Shown here: piece by piece, positions 1 through 10,448 of the stretch
How the letters are laid out: each line of letters begins with the position of its first letter
Position numbering within the stretch: the stretch's first letter is position 1
From: a virus
Strand: one strand, 5' to 3'
Virus record (IMG/VR): IMGVR_UViG_3300049020_000031
Location: 77,501 to 141,500 of that record
Length of the DNA: 64,000 nt
The notes under the pieces: model-generated
What the model saw: the letters and a program-made list of their open reading frames with translations, nothing else
Told to the model about the DNA's origin: nothing
Databases searched by the model: none
Position numbers and translations under genes: made by a program

Positions 1-191
1 TCCATTTCAACCAAAACCTTTGCGATGTCCATTCCTGTTGGAATGTTTTCACCAAGGTCATGATCGAATGAGATGAAATGCGGGGCACCCAACTCCATGA
101 TGGTTGCCATGACTTCATCAAGATTTCGACAGATGACAAAGCTGTTGTCAACCGGGAATCGCTCGTCATCAATGAATAACTTATACGTCAT
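1..191 (-). CDS. Cyclic-phosphate-processing receiver-like domain protein (3' end outside window)
   Basis: Manual translation from ATG at 191: MTYKLFIDDERFP...HFISFDHDLGENIPTGMDIA, matching the LFxDDER / SFDHDLG..TG motifs. Not in the ORF track. Confidence 0.7.
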   Translation of the reverse strand, partial: MTYKLFIDDERFPVDNSFVICRNLDEVMATIMELGAPHFISFDHDLGENIPTGMDIAKVLVEM

Positions 192-231
192 TCAACCAGT
201 ATAACGCCATTCTTCAACTGGCGTTACGCCC

Positions 232-810
232 TTATGAAATAATCTGCATCACACGATCACAACGCTCATCAATTGGACCATCAAGGACATGAACGTTGTC
301 AACTCGGTGAATGGCGGTGAAGATCAAACTCATGTGATTTTCCAGAGTTTGAATCTGTTCTGGAGTTTGGTATCTGGTTCCGTCAGAAAGCATGTTGGGA
401 TTGCTCGCATATGTTTCAGCCATCGGAATGAAGAACACATGGGTGTAACGTTTCAGGAACAAATCATTGATGAGGAAACGATACATGTCAGCCAACACAA
501 TTCTCTGACGAGCGTCAGTGTTGTCAGCATACAGGCTGGCGTAGAAGTATGGGGTCAGGACTCCTGAGTCAGTCACCATGTATTCCACGTTCTTGGGGAT
601 AACATTTTCCAACTGTTCCTGATTGGAACGAGTGCGGTACTGCTCCCAGATGTTGGACATAGGTCCGTTGATTTGAATGTCAGAGCGAACGAACTCGGTA
701 ACGAGTTCTGCATTCTTATGCTGCTTCTTCAAACGAACATACACTTCTGCGCTCAGAGTCGACTTACCCGAACCCGCATTGCCGATAAAACAGATCTTGT
801 TGGTTTGCAT
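232..810 (-). CDS. NadR/AAA_28-like P-loop ATPase/kinase
   Basis: Walker A GNAGSGKST, then ELVTEFVR and VTDS motifs. Probable start MQTNK at 810. Confidence 0.7.
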   Translation of the reverse strand: MQTNKICFIGNAGSGKSTLSAEVYVRLKKQHKNAELVTEFVRSDIQINGPMSNIWEQYRTRSNQEQLENVIPKNVEYMVTDSGVLTPYFYASLYADNTDARQRIVLADMYRFLINDLFLKRYTHVFFIPMAETYASNPNMLSDGTRYQTPEQIQTLENHMSLIFTAIHRVDNVHVLDGPIDERCDRVMQIIS

Positions 811-861
811 GATTTCCCCTATTGGTCCCAATTATAGTGGAAGCAAATCTGCCAATCAATA

Positions 862-889
862 GAAAGGGGAGCAATCTGCTCCCCTTTTC
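862..889. terminator. GGGGAGC-loop-GCTCCCC hairpin terminator (dispersed family)
   Basis: gaaaggggagcaatctgctccccttttc, just downstream of hsp20. Confidence 0.75.
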
Positions 890-905
890 GTTATGTCAAG
901 ACTCT

Positions 906-1334
906 TTACAGAATGTCGTGAACCTTTGTTTTCTTTGTTTCAGGCTTGTTGATCTTCAGCTTGATGATCAGCAGTCCGTCCTCAAGAGAAACCTTGTCGA
1001 CTTCCATGTGATCTTCCAGCTTCCACTTTCTAGTGAAATCACGGAATGAAATTCCTTGATGAATCATCTTGGCGCCTTCGGGCATTTCTACATTACCCTT
1101 CACTCCACTGATAGTCAGTGAATCATTTTCTACTTCCACCTTGAGTTCGTTCTTGGCAAAGCCTGCGACCGCAAGAGTCAGAACGTAATTGGACTCATCC
1201 AGTGAAAGGATGCTGTGTGGTGGGTATTTTTCCGCCAAGTGCATGTCGAAGTTTCGTTCGATATTGGCGAGGGTTCCGATTGCGTTGCGGCGCAACCAAT
1301 CAGAAAGGTTGATGGTATCAATTCGCATAGTCAT
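906..1334 (-). CDS. Small heat-shock protein (Hsp20/IbpA family)
   Basis: YPPHSI, LAVAGF, HQGISFRDFTRKW and LEDGLLII motifs; AAGGAG SD before MTMRID. Confidence 0.92.
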   Translation of the reverse strand: MTMRIDTINLSDWLRRNAIGTLANIERNFDMHLAEKYPPHSILSLDESNYVLTLAVAGFAKNELKVEVENDSLTISGVKGNVEMPEGAKMIHQGISFRDFTRKWKLEDHMEVDKVSLEDGLLIIKLKINKPETKKTKVHDIL

Positions 1335-1408
1335 AGTTTTCTCCTTATTAAGCGAGTTATTTTGGGACCACAAGGGCTCCCAGGTATGGCCTTAAAAGCG
1401 CCATACCG

Positions 1409-1416
1409 TATTTATA
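1409..1416 (-). promoter_or_regulatory. T4-like late promoter motif TATAAATA
   Basis: Exact TATAAATA upstream of hsp20. Related (N)ATAAATA motifs precede the genes starting at 8132, 43933, 47226, 52264, 56505 and 63075. Confidence 0.5.
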
Positions 1417-1445
1417 CTGAATTGAACTGACTATCGCAATATTTT

Positions 1446-2150
1446 CTATAATTTCGTCAGATTGTTTGGATTACCCAATTCCACCCAGGTCTTAATCGCT
1501 TCCCTGGCTTCGTCACCAGTAATCCGTTGCTCTCTGGCTTTCACATAATTGAATAGAGCGTTGTAATATCTACCCCAACCAATATGTGGAATTCCACTCT
1601 TGAATTCATATCCATTGGTGATAAAGTTTCCCAAGCTGATGCTTCTCTCAACCGTGGTCTTTCCGGATTCCATCAGAGTCTTCTGAACTTGCTCACCAGT
1701 CATCATAAAGCCCGTGATATAACAATTGTGTTGCTTACTCATCAACACGTAGGCAGTTTCTTGTTTGTGATGTTCGTTCTGGGTTGTGGCGTAAACTCGA
1801 TACTTGGCGTTGTAGGCCTGATTCAAACTGGTGTCGCTCGCACCATAAAGCAAAGCGGTTCCACTGGTCCCGAAGTGTATCTGTGAAGCATCCATGAATG
1901 CCAGTTTGAGCTCATGGTAATTGCCCTTGGTGTCAACACAATCGTCACCACTGCCCTGATCTAAAGCAACTGAATGCATGTAGGCAGCGGCAATCCAATC
2001 GTTACCACGACGGAACATTTCCGGATTCTGCACCAGTTTGTTCTTGGTGGTATTGTAGAGTCGAACTCTACTGTAGTCATAGCTCAGCAACCAGTCCTGC
2101 ATAAACTCAGTTTGTTGAGCAACATATGATTTGATCGAATTGAAATCCAT
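1446..2150 (-). CDS. Hypothetical protein, possible PD-(D/E)xK nuclease
   Basis: GDDCVDTKGNYHELKL resembles the D-x(n)-E-x-K catalytic motif. Confidence 0.4.
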   Translation of the reverse strand: MDFNSIKSYVAQQTEFMQDWLLSYDYSRVRLYNTTKNKLVQNPEMFRRGNDWIAAAYMHSVALDQGSGDDCVDTKGNYHELKLAFMDASQIHFGTSGTALLYGASDTSLNQAYNAKYRVYATTQNEHHKQETAYVLMSKQHNCYITGFMMTGEQVQKTLMESGKTTVERSISLGNFITNGYEFKSGIPHIGWGRYYNALFNYVKAREQRITGDEAREAIKTWVELGNPNNLTKL

Positions 2151-2710
2151 TACAGGTTACCAAACTTGCAGGCGAAATACAATCTGTGTTGTTCTCTGAT
2201 AAGATCATCCACCTTCTCATCCAATGCAACACCCCAATCGGAATCTGGCTTGAAACCATATTCAATCTTGTCTTCGCGAGTTTCGATAGTCTTAGTGACG
2301 CCCAGGGGTTTTGGTTTCAAGAACTCCTCCAGATCGAAATCAAAAGTCATCACATTACCATCAACACTCATGAGAGCATCGTATTTTATCGCTTTGATTT
2401 GATCATCCACTGGTACTTGGATTACCTGGGTGTTTAGGAACAGCTGAACTCTTCCTTTTTGTGATGCCGGAACGGGGTTTGACATTGCATTTCTGGAGTT
2501 AAGAAATGTCAATGTGTAGAGCGTTCCTTTCTTCTTTACCATCACATGTCGGGGCTTTTCCAATCCCAAGTGGTCGACTACTGACTGAGTCATATTGATG
2601 CAAATCTTCTTTTCAGAACCTGATCCTTGGGTTCGATAGCTTATCGAAATCACTGCCGGGATTGTTATTGGGGACGCGGGTGCGATTGAAGTTGCCTGTA
2701 ATGCTTGCAT
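2150..2710 (-). CDS. Hypothetical protein
   Basis: 186 aa ORF overlapping the next start by 1 nt. Confidence 0.65.
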   Translation of the reverse strand: MQALQATSIAPASPITIPAVISISYRTQGSGSEKKICINMTQSVVDHLGLEKPRHVMVKKKGTLYTLTFLNSRNAMSNPVPASQKGRVQLFLNTQVIQVPVDDQIKAIKYDALMSVDGNVMTFDFDLEEFLKPKPLGVTKTIETREDKIEYGFKPDSDWGVALDEKVDDLIREQHRLYFACKFGNL

Positions 2711-2808
2711 AATTCACCTTTTCTAATTGTTACTTATCAGTTACAATTTTGCAATATTGCAGACTTGATGCCTCGGTAACTAGAATGGCAACCAGTAAGG
2801 GGAAAATT

Positions 2809-3279
2809 ATGCAAGACAAAACACCAGCGACTCCATCAAATATCAAATCGCTTTCCGAACAATACAAGGAAATGTGTCAAGATGATATGAAACGAATGGC
2901 TCAGATCAGAGATCCATATACTCTTGGCACTATTATTGGCAATGGTTCACATAATAAGTTGCCAACCCAGAGCGGGATGTCCAATTCTTCTATTGGAACC
3001 AACGTCACGTCTGGTTCCCCTAAGCTTCAGGGAACTATCAAATCATACACAAATAGTCAGAATGGAATTTCGTGGTCTGATAGCGGCACATATCTTTCTG
3101 AATCAGAACTCACCCAAGTGAAAAAGGATCTGGCTGCAATCAAGAAAAGACTGATGATTCTTGAACCCAATCTACAGAAGATGGAAAAGTTCCAAGCCCT
3201 CAAGGATGCATACGAGCATTATCTATGCATGGAGAAGCTGTGTGATGAGGATATGCCAGGCGCACAAGGTGGCACCTGA
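2809..3279 (+). CDS. Hypothetical phage protein with C-terminal coiled coil
   Basis: AAGGGG SD before MQDKTP; C-terminal LMILEPN...ALKDAYEHY. Confidence 0.65.
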   Translation: MQDKTPATPSNIKSLSEQYKEMCQDDMKRMAQIRDPYTLGTIIGNGSHNKLPTQSGMSNSSIGTNVTSGSPKLQGTIKSYTNSQNGISWSDSGTYLSESELTQVKKDLAAIKKRLMILEPNLQKMEKFQALKDAYEHYLCMEKLCDEDMPGAQGGT

Positions 3280-3288
3280 TATCAGAAT

Positions 3289-3654
3289 TTATTTGAGCTT
3301 CTGATTAGAATTGGTTCCTTGGACCGCTGATAACCCTGCGGCACAGATCGCGGCAGGAAGTGTGTTGCCATAACTGGCCAGGTATGAACGGCCATCATCT
3401 CTGGAGAAACTGGCTACCCATTGATATTCCCCATTCACTTGTTTATTTCTTGCGGCAAGTGAAAATCCATGTTTTTTCAACATCTCGACTATGAGTTGAG
3501 CCGTTTCCGTATCAGTACTGTATTGTGGTACTGGTAGGGGTTTTCTGTCCAAACCCATAATGTAGCTTTCATTCAGCTGGGTGTCTATGATAACCACATA
3601 TCCAAAGATATTCCTAGCTACCCTACTATCAAGTTCTGAACCTGCTATTTCCAT
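3289..3654 (-). CDS. BC1872-like / phage ABA-sandwich domain protein
   Basis: ELDSRVA...PQYSTD..TA..IVE...PAAICAAGL pattern. Confidence 0.55.
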   Translation of the reverse strand: MEIAGSELDSRVARNIFGYVVIIDTQLNESYIMGLDRKPLPVPQYSTDTETAQLIVEMLKKHGFSLAARNKQVNGEYQWVASFSRDDGRSYLASYGNTLPAAICAAGLSAVQGTNSNQKLK

Positions 3655-3732
3655 AAACTATCCTCGGTTTTTGCAGGTAGAAAACCCGCAGCCCTTTATT
3701 TAAGGTGCTGCGGGTGTGAATAACAATTCTGT

Positions 3733-4110
3733 TTAGTACGCGATGTATCGGAAGAGGTCGATTGCGTAACCGAAAGCGTGGAATGGAAGGAACAACAGGA
3801 ACAGAATGAAGTCTGTCAGATGCGAGGCACCGTTGTGAAACTTTTCAGCAACCCACGTACCAGGGAAAATCCACTGTGGGAGACCAAACACCAGCAGATA
3901 TACCAGGCCTAGCACCATGGGAACAATGCCACCGCTTGCGGTGGTCACTGATACGATCAGGCCCCACCAGGCAAATCCCACGAAAAACATACAGAAGAAG
4001 CAAACAAATGCGACGCCAAATGCGGCAATGAAAAGCAAAATAGCTAAAAACATTTCGTCCTCCCGTTGTTTCAATACACCAAGTATATATTCACTTGGTG
4101 ATTGAGTCAA
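3733..4110 (-). CDS. Hypothetical membrane protein
   Basis: Several hydrophobic segments. Confidence 0.6.
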   Translation of the reverse strand: MTQSPSEYILGVLKQREDEMFLAILLFIAAFGVAFVCFFCMFFVGFAWWGLIVSVTTASGGIVPMVLGLVYLLVFGLPQWIFPGTWVAEKFHNGASHLTDFILFLLFLPFHAFGYAIDLFRYIAY

Positions 4111-4463
4111 GAGGTAGGTGATATTTTGTTTCTATTCTTCCAGGCAACGATTTTGTCTTTCAATCTGAGTACTCGAATTGTGGCAGAATTGAGATTCTTC
4201 ACCACAACCCAGGTAATCAAAAAAAGCATGGGTACTGAAAATGCACCATATAGAGCCATGATCGTATTTTCAACCCAATTATCGTAAGGGAGAAACACCA
4301 TCAGGGCGATAGCACCCATGAAGATAATGATGGCTGCAATAAAGATTCCAATGTTGGCATACAAGGGGCTGAACCTTCTCGCCCGTGCCCTAGGATCGTC
4401 TTCTGGGTACGTTGCCAATATTGTTTCCAATACTGTGGCTGCTAGCTTCCTTGTATCCGCCAT
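4107..4463 (-). CDS. Hypothetical membrane protein
   Basis: Two predicted TM helices; directly follows infC. Confidence 0.65.
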   Translation of the reverse strand: MADTRKLAATVLETILATYPEDDPRARARRFSPLYANIGIFIAAIIIFMGAIALMVFLPYDNWVENTIMALYGAFSVPMLFLITWVVVKNLNSATIRVLRLKDKIVAWKNRNKISPTS

Positions 4464-4464
4464 A

Positions 4465-4992
4465 TCACACCTTGACTGGTTTTGGAGCGGCCGGTGCGAT
4501 CAGTAGGGTAATTTCCCTACCGCCGTCACTGGCTGGTTTTTCCATTTTGATATCACCGAGTTCGGCAATGAAATCACGGATTACTACATGACCCAACTCT
4601 TTATTCGCCACTTCACGACCTCGGAAGCGCAGAACAACCTTGACCTTGTCACCTTCAGCTAGGAATTCCTTCGCTTTTCGCGCCTTGATCTTGAGATCGT
4701 TTGTATCGATACTCACGCGAAGCTGGACTTCTTTGATGACGACCATGGCTTCGCGTTGTTTCTTTTCTGCCGCCTTTTGTTGCTTTTTCTGTTCGTAGAA
4801 GAACTTATTAGCATCCACCACCCGGCAAACTGGTGGATTCGCATCCGCGATCTTAACCAGATCAAGATCCAAATTCTTGGCATACGCCAAAGCAGATCTG
4901 AGATCCATGATTCCCTTTTGTTCATTGTTCTCATCGAGAACTCTGACGTTATATGCACGAATGCGTTCGTTTACTTCCGACTTAAAAGTCAC
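4465..4992 (-). CDS. infC: Translation initiation factor IF-3
   Basis: NERIR..VRV, LDLVKI...PPVCR, KEVQLR..ID.NDL..K and GDKVKVVLRFRGRE motifs. Confidence 0.95.
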   Translation of the reverse strand: MTFKSEVNERIRAYNVRVLDENNEQKGIMDLRSALAYAKNLDLDLVKIADANPPVCRVVDANKFFYEQKKQQKAAEKKQREAMVVIKEVQLRVSIDTNDLKIKARKAKEFLAEGDKVKVVLRFRGREVANKELGHVVIRDFIAELGDIKMEKPASDGGREITLLIAPAAPKPVKV

Positions 4993-5003
4993 AAAGACTA
5001 TCC

Positions 5004-6260
5004 TTAAAGAGCGATTGTTTTAATTGCATCGCCATAGATGACTGTTGGCTCTTCATCATTGGCAAATGTTTCCTTGGTCACGATAACCTTCGTTGCACCG
5101 GCTTCACGGTAGTCAATAAGGTTGAACTGCGTTTTGATCAATTTGTTTTCGATCACGCTACGAAGTCCCCGAGCGCCTGTTTTACGGTCTTTGGCGATTC
5201 TTGCGACTTCTTCCAAGGCGCCATCTTCAAATACCAGTTCCACTCCTTCAATTGAGAAGAGCTTCACGAATTGCTTTATAACTGCATTCTTTGGTTCTGT
5301 CAACACACGCACTAGTTGAGCTGCTGTAAGTTCTTCCAATGGTGCAGATACGGGCAAACGACCAATAAGTTCCGGGATGATACCAAATTGGATCAAGTGT
5401 TCAGGTTTGGCATGACGAAGCAAATCATCAATCGGCTTTGACTTGTCCATGACCTTGGAATTGAATCCCAAGCCCGCGTCTTTATTCAAACTCTTCTCAA
5501 CAACTTTGTCGAGGCCCACGAATGCACCACCAACGATGAACAGAATATTACGAGTATTGATTTTCACCAGATCAGCCTGTGGGCTCTTTTTCCCGCCAGC
5601 TGATGGAACCATGATGTCCGAGCCTTCGAGAATTTTCAACAGAGCTTGTTGAACGCCTTCACCAGACACGTCCTTGTTACCACCGCCACCCTCTTTCTTC
5701 TGCTTCTTGTCGATTTCATCCAGATAGATGATACCGCGTTCTGCCTTGGAAACATCACCACCAGCATTTTGGAGCAGTTTTGATACGATGCTTTCAACGT
5801 CATCGCCAACATATCCAGCTTCAGTCAATGAAGTGGCATCAGCAATTACGAATGGAACATCCAGATATCTGGCGATCGTTTGGGCGATGAGAGTTTTGCC
5901 ACTACCCGTGGGGCCGAAAATCAGAATGTTACTCTTCTCGATTTCAACTCCATCTACAACTGGATGGGCCAGTCTCTTGTAGTGATTGCTTACTGCGACG
6001 CTGACTACCATCTTGGTATAGTCTTGGCCGATAATGTATTGGTCTAGAAATTCTTTGATTTTTGTAGGATTGGGAATTGCTTCGTGTTCTTGAGGTTCTT
6101 CTTGTGGCTTATCCAAAGGAGATTCTGTGGACAAGATTGAGTGACACAAGCCCACACACTCATCACAAATGTAGACATTTGGACCAGCGATGAGCTTCTT
6201 AACTTCATTTGCACTTTTGCTGCAAAAGGAGCAATAAAGTTTCTTTTCTGTTTCTGACAT
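5004..6260 (-). CDS. clpX: ATP-dependent Clp protease ATP-binding subunit ClpX
   Basis: N-terminal zinc finger CSFC..ICDECV, GPTGSGKT, ADATSLTEAGYVGDDVE, DVSGEGVQQALLK, LGF loop, GARGLR. Confidence 0.97.
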   Translation of the reverse strand: MSETEKKLYCSFCSKSANEVKKLIAGPNVYICDECVGLCHSILSTESPLDKPQEEPQEHEAIPNPTKIKEFLDQYIIGQDYTKMVVSVAVSNHYKRLAHPVVDGVEIEKSNILIFGPTGSGKTLIAQTIARYLDVPFVIADATSLTEAGYVGDDVESIVSKLLQNAGGDVSKAERGIIYLDEIDKKQKKEGGGGNKDVSGEGVQQALLKILEGSDIMVPSAGGKKSPQADLVKINTRNILFIVGGAFVGLDKVVEKSLNKDAGLGFNSKVMDKSKPIDDLLRHAKPEHLIQFGIIPELIGRLPVSAPLEELTAAQLVRVLTEPKNAVIKQFVKLFSIEGVELVFEDGALEEVARIAKDRKTGARGLRSVIENKLIKTQFNLIDYREAGATKVIVTKETFANDEEPTVIYGDAIKTIAL

Positions 6261-6296
6261 GTAAGCTCCTTGTACCTATCAACTAACGCTTGATAT

Positions 6297-7580
6297 TTAT
6301 TTGGTTCGATCACTCTTAGCGTTAGCTAACCAAGTATTGGCTGAGCGGATGTTTGACTCAATTTGTTCTTGCGGAACGTTGGAAATAAGCGAATCAGCAT
6401 TTCGTTCTTTACCATCCGCTTCAATCATTTCACTGATTGGTAGAACCATCTTCTTCTTGGAGTCATCCATCACTACATCGATCACATCATTCAACAGGTC
6501 TGGGCGCCTCTCCAGAATCTCAACAAGCTCTTTGGCGTCTTGATTGATGGGAGTTTTGCCGTCTTCTTGGTACAGAGCTGCTACTTTCTGCAATTCCTTC
6601 TGATAGGGATTCTTCCGCTTATATTGTCTCTTTGGCTTCGTGGGCGTGGGTTCTTCAACCGGTGGCTCTTCGACTACAGGTTCGACAACTTCTTCAGGTT
6701 GGGTTTCGACCTCAGGCTCAACAATCAGTTCCTCCTGAATAACTGGTTCAGCCAGAGGTTCAGCAATCGGAGCGGTGATTGGTTCGATGATAGGCTCAAC
6801 AACTGGTGGTGTTGGCTCCTGATTCTTTTTGCGACTGTCCCTCCAATCCGAGAGGGTGATGAAACCACTCAACATCATAATCACGGCCAGCGGGTCGAAT
6901 GAAAACATAATCATGAGAATCAGCATTCTCACTGCGGCGCCAGTGTCCTGCCATCCAAACAGTTCTGCGACAAACTTGATTGGGCCCAACTTGGCAGTCA
7001 CATCGCTTGACTTCATCTTCAAAGGCAAAAGTTCAGAATTCAATGAATTGATCTTCTCATTGTTGGCCTTCATTTCCTTTTCGATATCACGACGTTCTGC
7101 CTGTTGTGTTCTTCTAACTTGGTTGGCTCGGTCAGCTTTGTCACCCTTGAGGAAGGAGTTGATATTGGCATCCAGTTGATCTAATCTGGATTGGAGTCTC
7201 GTATTGTCATTGCTAACTTGTGCAATGGATTGCTCTTTCTGAGCGACTTGAAGGGCTATACCCTCTATCGGGGCAGCATGCTCCAGATGGCTTTTTGCCA
7301 AGAAACCGTAGATACCAAAGGCAGTCACGATCATGAGTACCACAACTGCGGTAATCATGTATGCCTTATGAGCTATTGATACTTTCTTGTTGGTCCAGTT
7401 ACTCTTGAGCCATTGAGCTGCTACCAATTTACCAACTTCCAAGGTGGTAAACAGAATGTAACCGATGATGGGAGATGCTGCGAAAATTGCAACCATACCG
7501 TCAACCGAGACGTAGGCTGCGACTGCTGAAATTGCGAAAGCTGTGAGTAGAACTATGATGCCAGATATTAGTTGTGTCAT
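6297..7580 (-). CDS. Membrane protein with coiled coil and Pro/Glu-rich tail
   Basis: N-terminal TMs (AAYVSVDG, LEVGKLV, GIYGFLAKSH), coiled coil, LGPIKFVAE..FDPLAV. Confidence 0.7.
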   Translation of the reverse strand: MTQLISGIIVLLTAFAISAVAAYVSVDGMVAIFAASPIIGYILFTTLEVGKLVAAQWLKSNWTNKKVSIAHKAYMITAVVVLMIVTAFGIYGFLAKSHLEHAAPIEGIALQVAQKEQSIAQVSNDNTRLQSRLDQLDANINSFLKGDKADRANQVRRTQQAERRDIEKEMKANNEKINSLNSELLPLKMKSSDVTAKLGPIKFVAELFGWQDTGAAVRMLILMIMFSFDPLAVIMMLSGFITLSDWRDSRKKNQEPTPPVVEPIIEPITAPIAEPLAEPVIQEELIVEPEVETQPEEVVEPVVEEPPVEEPTPTKPKRQYKRKNPYQKELQKVAALYQEDGKTPINQDAKELVEILERRPDLLNDVIDVVMDDSKKKMVLPISEMIEADGKERNADSLISNVPQEQIESNIRSANTWLANAKSDRTK

Positions 7581-7607
7581 GATGTTTGTATTTGATGGTA
7601 CGAATCC

Positions 7608-7640
7608 ACCCGATTAGCCAGTTTACTGGCTAGGCGGGTT
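7608..7640. terminator. Hairpin / probable terminator
   Basis: Imperfect inverted repeat acccgattagccagt-tt-actggctaggcgggt. Confidence 0.45.
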
Positions 7641-7649
7641 GAATTCAAA

Positions 7650-8132
7650 TTAGAGTTCAGTTATGGTGATGAGTGATTCGGCGGCGTCCGCATCTGCTGC
7701 CAAAGGAGCAATCGTCAGAAGAGCAACAGAAGCCAATTTGGTTGCATGATAATAATCAACGGTGGCTTCTCTGGGTGCGGAGATGGCCTCGGCGATAAGA
7801 CGTTTCAAAGCGTCAACACCTTCCAGACGTTCCTCATCCCTGATGATCGCTAGTGATTCTTCGCTCACAAAGGTCATATTCATGTTGAATTCCGACCCTT
7901 CGTCAGCCTCAGATGCACCATCCGCAACGATATTATCAACAGTGGGATTGGATACTAGACCAACACCCATGATGATGGCGTTGTATCTGATGTTGGCTCT
8001 CTTCTTCGCGATGGCCTGATCGACTGTTATTTCTTCTGGTGTGTATTGTTCAATTCGCTTGTTATCAATAAATCCATTGGCATTTCCGGTAAGACCGGGG
8101 TTTGAGATTGATACTGAGTATGATTTTGTCAT
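7650..8132 (-). CDS. Hypothetical, possibly virion protein
   Basis: AGGAG SD and CATAAATA late-type motif upstream. Confidence 0.65.
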   Translation of the reverse strand: MTKSYSVSISNPGLTGNANGFIDNKRIEQYTPEEITVDQAIAKKRANIRYNAIIMGVGLVSNPTVDNIVADGASEADEGSEFNMNMTFVSEESLAIIRDEERLEGVDALKRLIAEAISAPREATVDYYHATKLASVALLTIAPLAADADAAESLITITEL

Positions 8133-8283
8133 AGGTGACTCCTGTTATTCGTGATATTTATGAAGATAAGGTACCAGTTAATAAATCCTCTGTGACTTGA
8201 TTTGCTACAAACTTTCATGACACTTATAATCAAACCAAGTTCGTCTACTAATCATATCGAACAAACATAACCATTCAATACAA

Positions 8284-10143
8284 ATGAGCGAAGAAATCAT
8301 CAAACTGTCAGACTGGCAACACACAAGGTTGCGTCTAGAAATGTATTACGGGTCACGAGACCCCCACACTCAGATCGTTCTGACTTACCCCGAAGGTTCA
8401 CCAGAACCACAAGAAGTAACTTGGGTTCCTGCCGTATTCACTGCATTCCGGGAAATCCTGGACAATGCTCTGGATGAAGTTGCCGGACATGGCCACGGTG
8501 ATCGTATCGATGTCACCTATGACCCCGACACTATGACATTCAGCGTGCAGGACAATGGTCGTGGTATCCCAATCACCTTCTCAAAGGAACACAACACTTA
8601 CATGGCTACTATGGCTCTGAGTCAAGCTCGAGCTGGTCGTAACTTCAAGGAACGTGGTCAAGTAGCTGGTACCAATGGTATCGGGGCTTCGGGTGTGAAC
8701 TTCTGTTCTGAATACTTCAACCTGGAAGTGGAACGTGATGGTCAATACTTTCTGCAAAAGTTCCGTGAAGGAACGGATTCTCTGATCATCGAAGATGCAA
8801 TTCTCAAGAAGAAAGCCGCGGCAAAGAATGGTACCAAGGTAACATTTAAGCTGTCACCCAAAGTGTTCCGTGATATGACGTTGCCATTGGACTTCTTGAA
8901 GTCCCGCATTTATGAAGTAGCGTTGTGCAACCCCAAGCTGAAGCTGTTTTTTAATGGTGAAAAGATCACAGCAAAGTCCGTGGAGAAAAGCCTGTTTGCT
9001 GGCATGAAGCCAATTCATGTTCAAGTTCAGGAAGGTACGTTCAATTCCAACTTTTGGATGCTACCAGGATTCTTTGATTCCGGTGAACATCAACACTCGA
9101 TGGTAAACAACATCCCGGCATTTGACGGCGGTGTTCACATGGATGCATTCAAGCGTCACTTCTTTGGTGGCATGCTGGTTGCCCTGGAGCGTGAGAACAA
9201 GAAGCGCAAGTTGGTTCCTAATCGTTCCGACCTTGCGGAAGGCATCATGATCTTCAATATAACGACCATGGAGGCTCCGAACTTCAATAGTCAGAGCAAG
9301 ACACGCCTCAACAACGAAGAGACTGCCAAACACATCAAGGCTACGTTGGAGGATCCCGAATTCTTCAAGAACATTATCAAGAAGTATCCGGAATGGATTG
9401 AAGCTATCTATGAACGTTGTGCTGCCCGTACATTCAAGAAAGACGCAAGCGAAGCTGATAAAGAAGCCAAGAAAATGCTGCGTGAGAAGGTTCCAGGTCT
9501 CATGGACGCAACCGGCAAGGATCGCTCAAAGTGCATTCTGTTCCTAGCTGAAGGGCTTTCCGCTATCTCGGGTATGGCGTCTGTTCGTGATCCAGAAGTC
9601 CATGGTGGCTTGGGTCTGGGCGGTAAGGTGATGAACGTTCACGGCGCGTCGATCAAGGACGTCCTGGAAGACGGTGCATTGCGGGACATCATGAACAGTA
9701 TCGGCATTTCACCCACTAAGAAACTTGATCGCAAAGACATGCGATATGGTCAGATCTACATCGCCCATGACATGGATCCGGACGGATTGAACATTGGTGC
9801 GTTGCTGAATAACTTCTTCTACACGTATTGGCCAGAAATGTACGATCCGAATGAGGAGCCAATCGTTCACGTATTCATGACGCCATTCATTATCGCAGAG
9901 AAGGGCAAGCAAAGGAAGTATTGGTACTCTGATGACTATCAGGAATTCAATCCAGAGGATTACAAGGGTTGGAGTATCACTAGAGCCAAGGGTCTGGGAA
10001 CACTCACCAAGGAAGATTGGCAACATTCGATCGATCAACCCAAGCTGATGGCGCTTACTGATGATGGTAAGATGGAAGAAGCTCTTGATCTAATCTTCAA
10101 TGGTAAGAGGGCAGACGACCGTAAGCAGTGGATCGGTTTGTGA
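8284..10143 (+). CDS. DNA topoisomerase II large subunit (GHKL ATPase + TOPRIM; T4 gp39+gp60-like, unsplit)
   Basis: EILDNALDE, DNGRGIP, GTNGIG, LFLAEG.SA, HDMDPDG, KGLGT. Confidence 0.95.
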   Translation: MSEEIIKLSDWQHTRLRLEMYYGSRDPHTQIVLTYPEGSPEPQEVTWVPAVFTAFREILDNALDEVAGHGHGDRIDVTYDPDTMTFSVQDNGRGIPITFSKEHNTYMATMALSQARAGRNFKERGQVAGTNGIGASGVNFCSEYFNLEVERDGQYFLQKFREGTDSLIIEDAILKKKAAAKNGTKVTFKLSPKVFRDMTLPLDFLKSRIYEVALCNPKLKLFFNGEKITAKSVEKSLFAGMKPIHVQVQEGTFNSNFWMLPGFFDSGEHQHSMVNNIPAFDGGVHMDAFKRHFFGGMLVALERENKKRKLVPNRSDLAEGIMIFNITTMEAPNFNSQSKTRLNNEETAKHIKATLEDPEFFKNIIKKYPEWIEAIYERCAARTFKKDASEADKEAKKMLREKVPGLMDATGKDRSKCILFLAEGLSAISGMASVRDPEVHGGLGLGGKVMNVHGASIKDVLEDGALRDIMNSIGISPTKKLDRKDMRYGQIYIAHDMDPDGLNIGALLNNFFYTYWPEMYDPNEEPIVHVFMTPFIIAEKGKQRKYWYSDDYQEFNPEDYKGWSITRAKGLGTLTKEDWQHSIDQPKLMALTDDGKMEEALDLIFNGKRADDRKQWIGL

Positions 10144-10448
10144 TCACAAACCCATACGATCACGTTCATAAACTTTATAACGTGGTCCGTTCCAAGGAAT
10201 TCATGGAATCCCAGATAGGAGAGTTCGTGTGTTCCTTGGATCGATCCAAGGAAAGTCTGTATGCATCATCTAAAAATTCTACGATTTTGTTTATTCAACA
10301 ATTGCAGAGTTTTACCATTATGATGGCATCAAACAATCTGAACTTGAAGGATGCGGTCATTCGCATCGACCCCTTCAGTGGAAATCTGGAGGCTTATCGA
10401 GTAACCGATGATGAGATGGTTACTCTACGTCTTTTAGGAATCTTATGA
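10128..10448 (+). CDS. Hypothetical protein (possible member of the C-terminal motif family)
   Basis: Ends VTDDEMVTLRLLG. Confidence 0.6.
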   Translation: MDRFVITNPYDHVHKLYNVVRSKEFMESQIGEFVCSLDRSKESLYASSKNSTILFIQQLQSFTIMMASNNLNLKDAVIRIDPFSGNLEAYRVTDDEMVTLRLLGIL

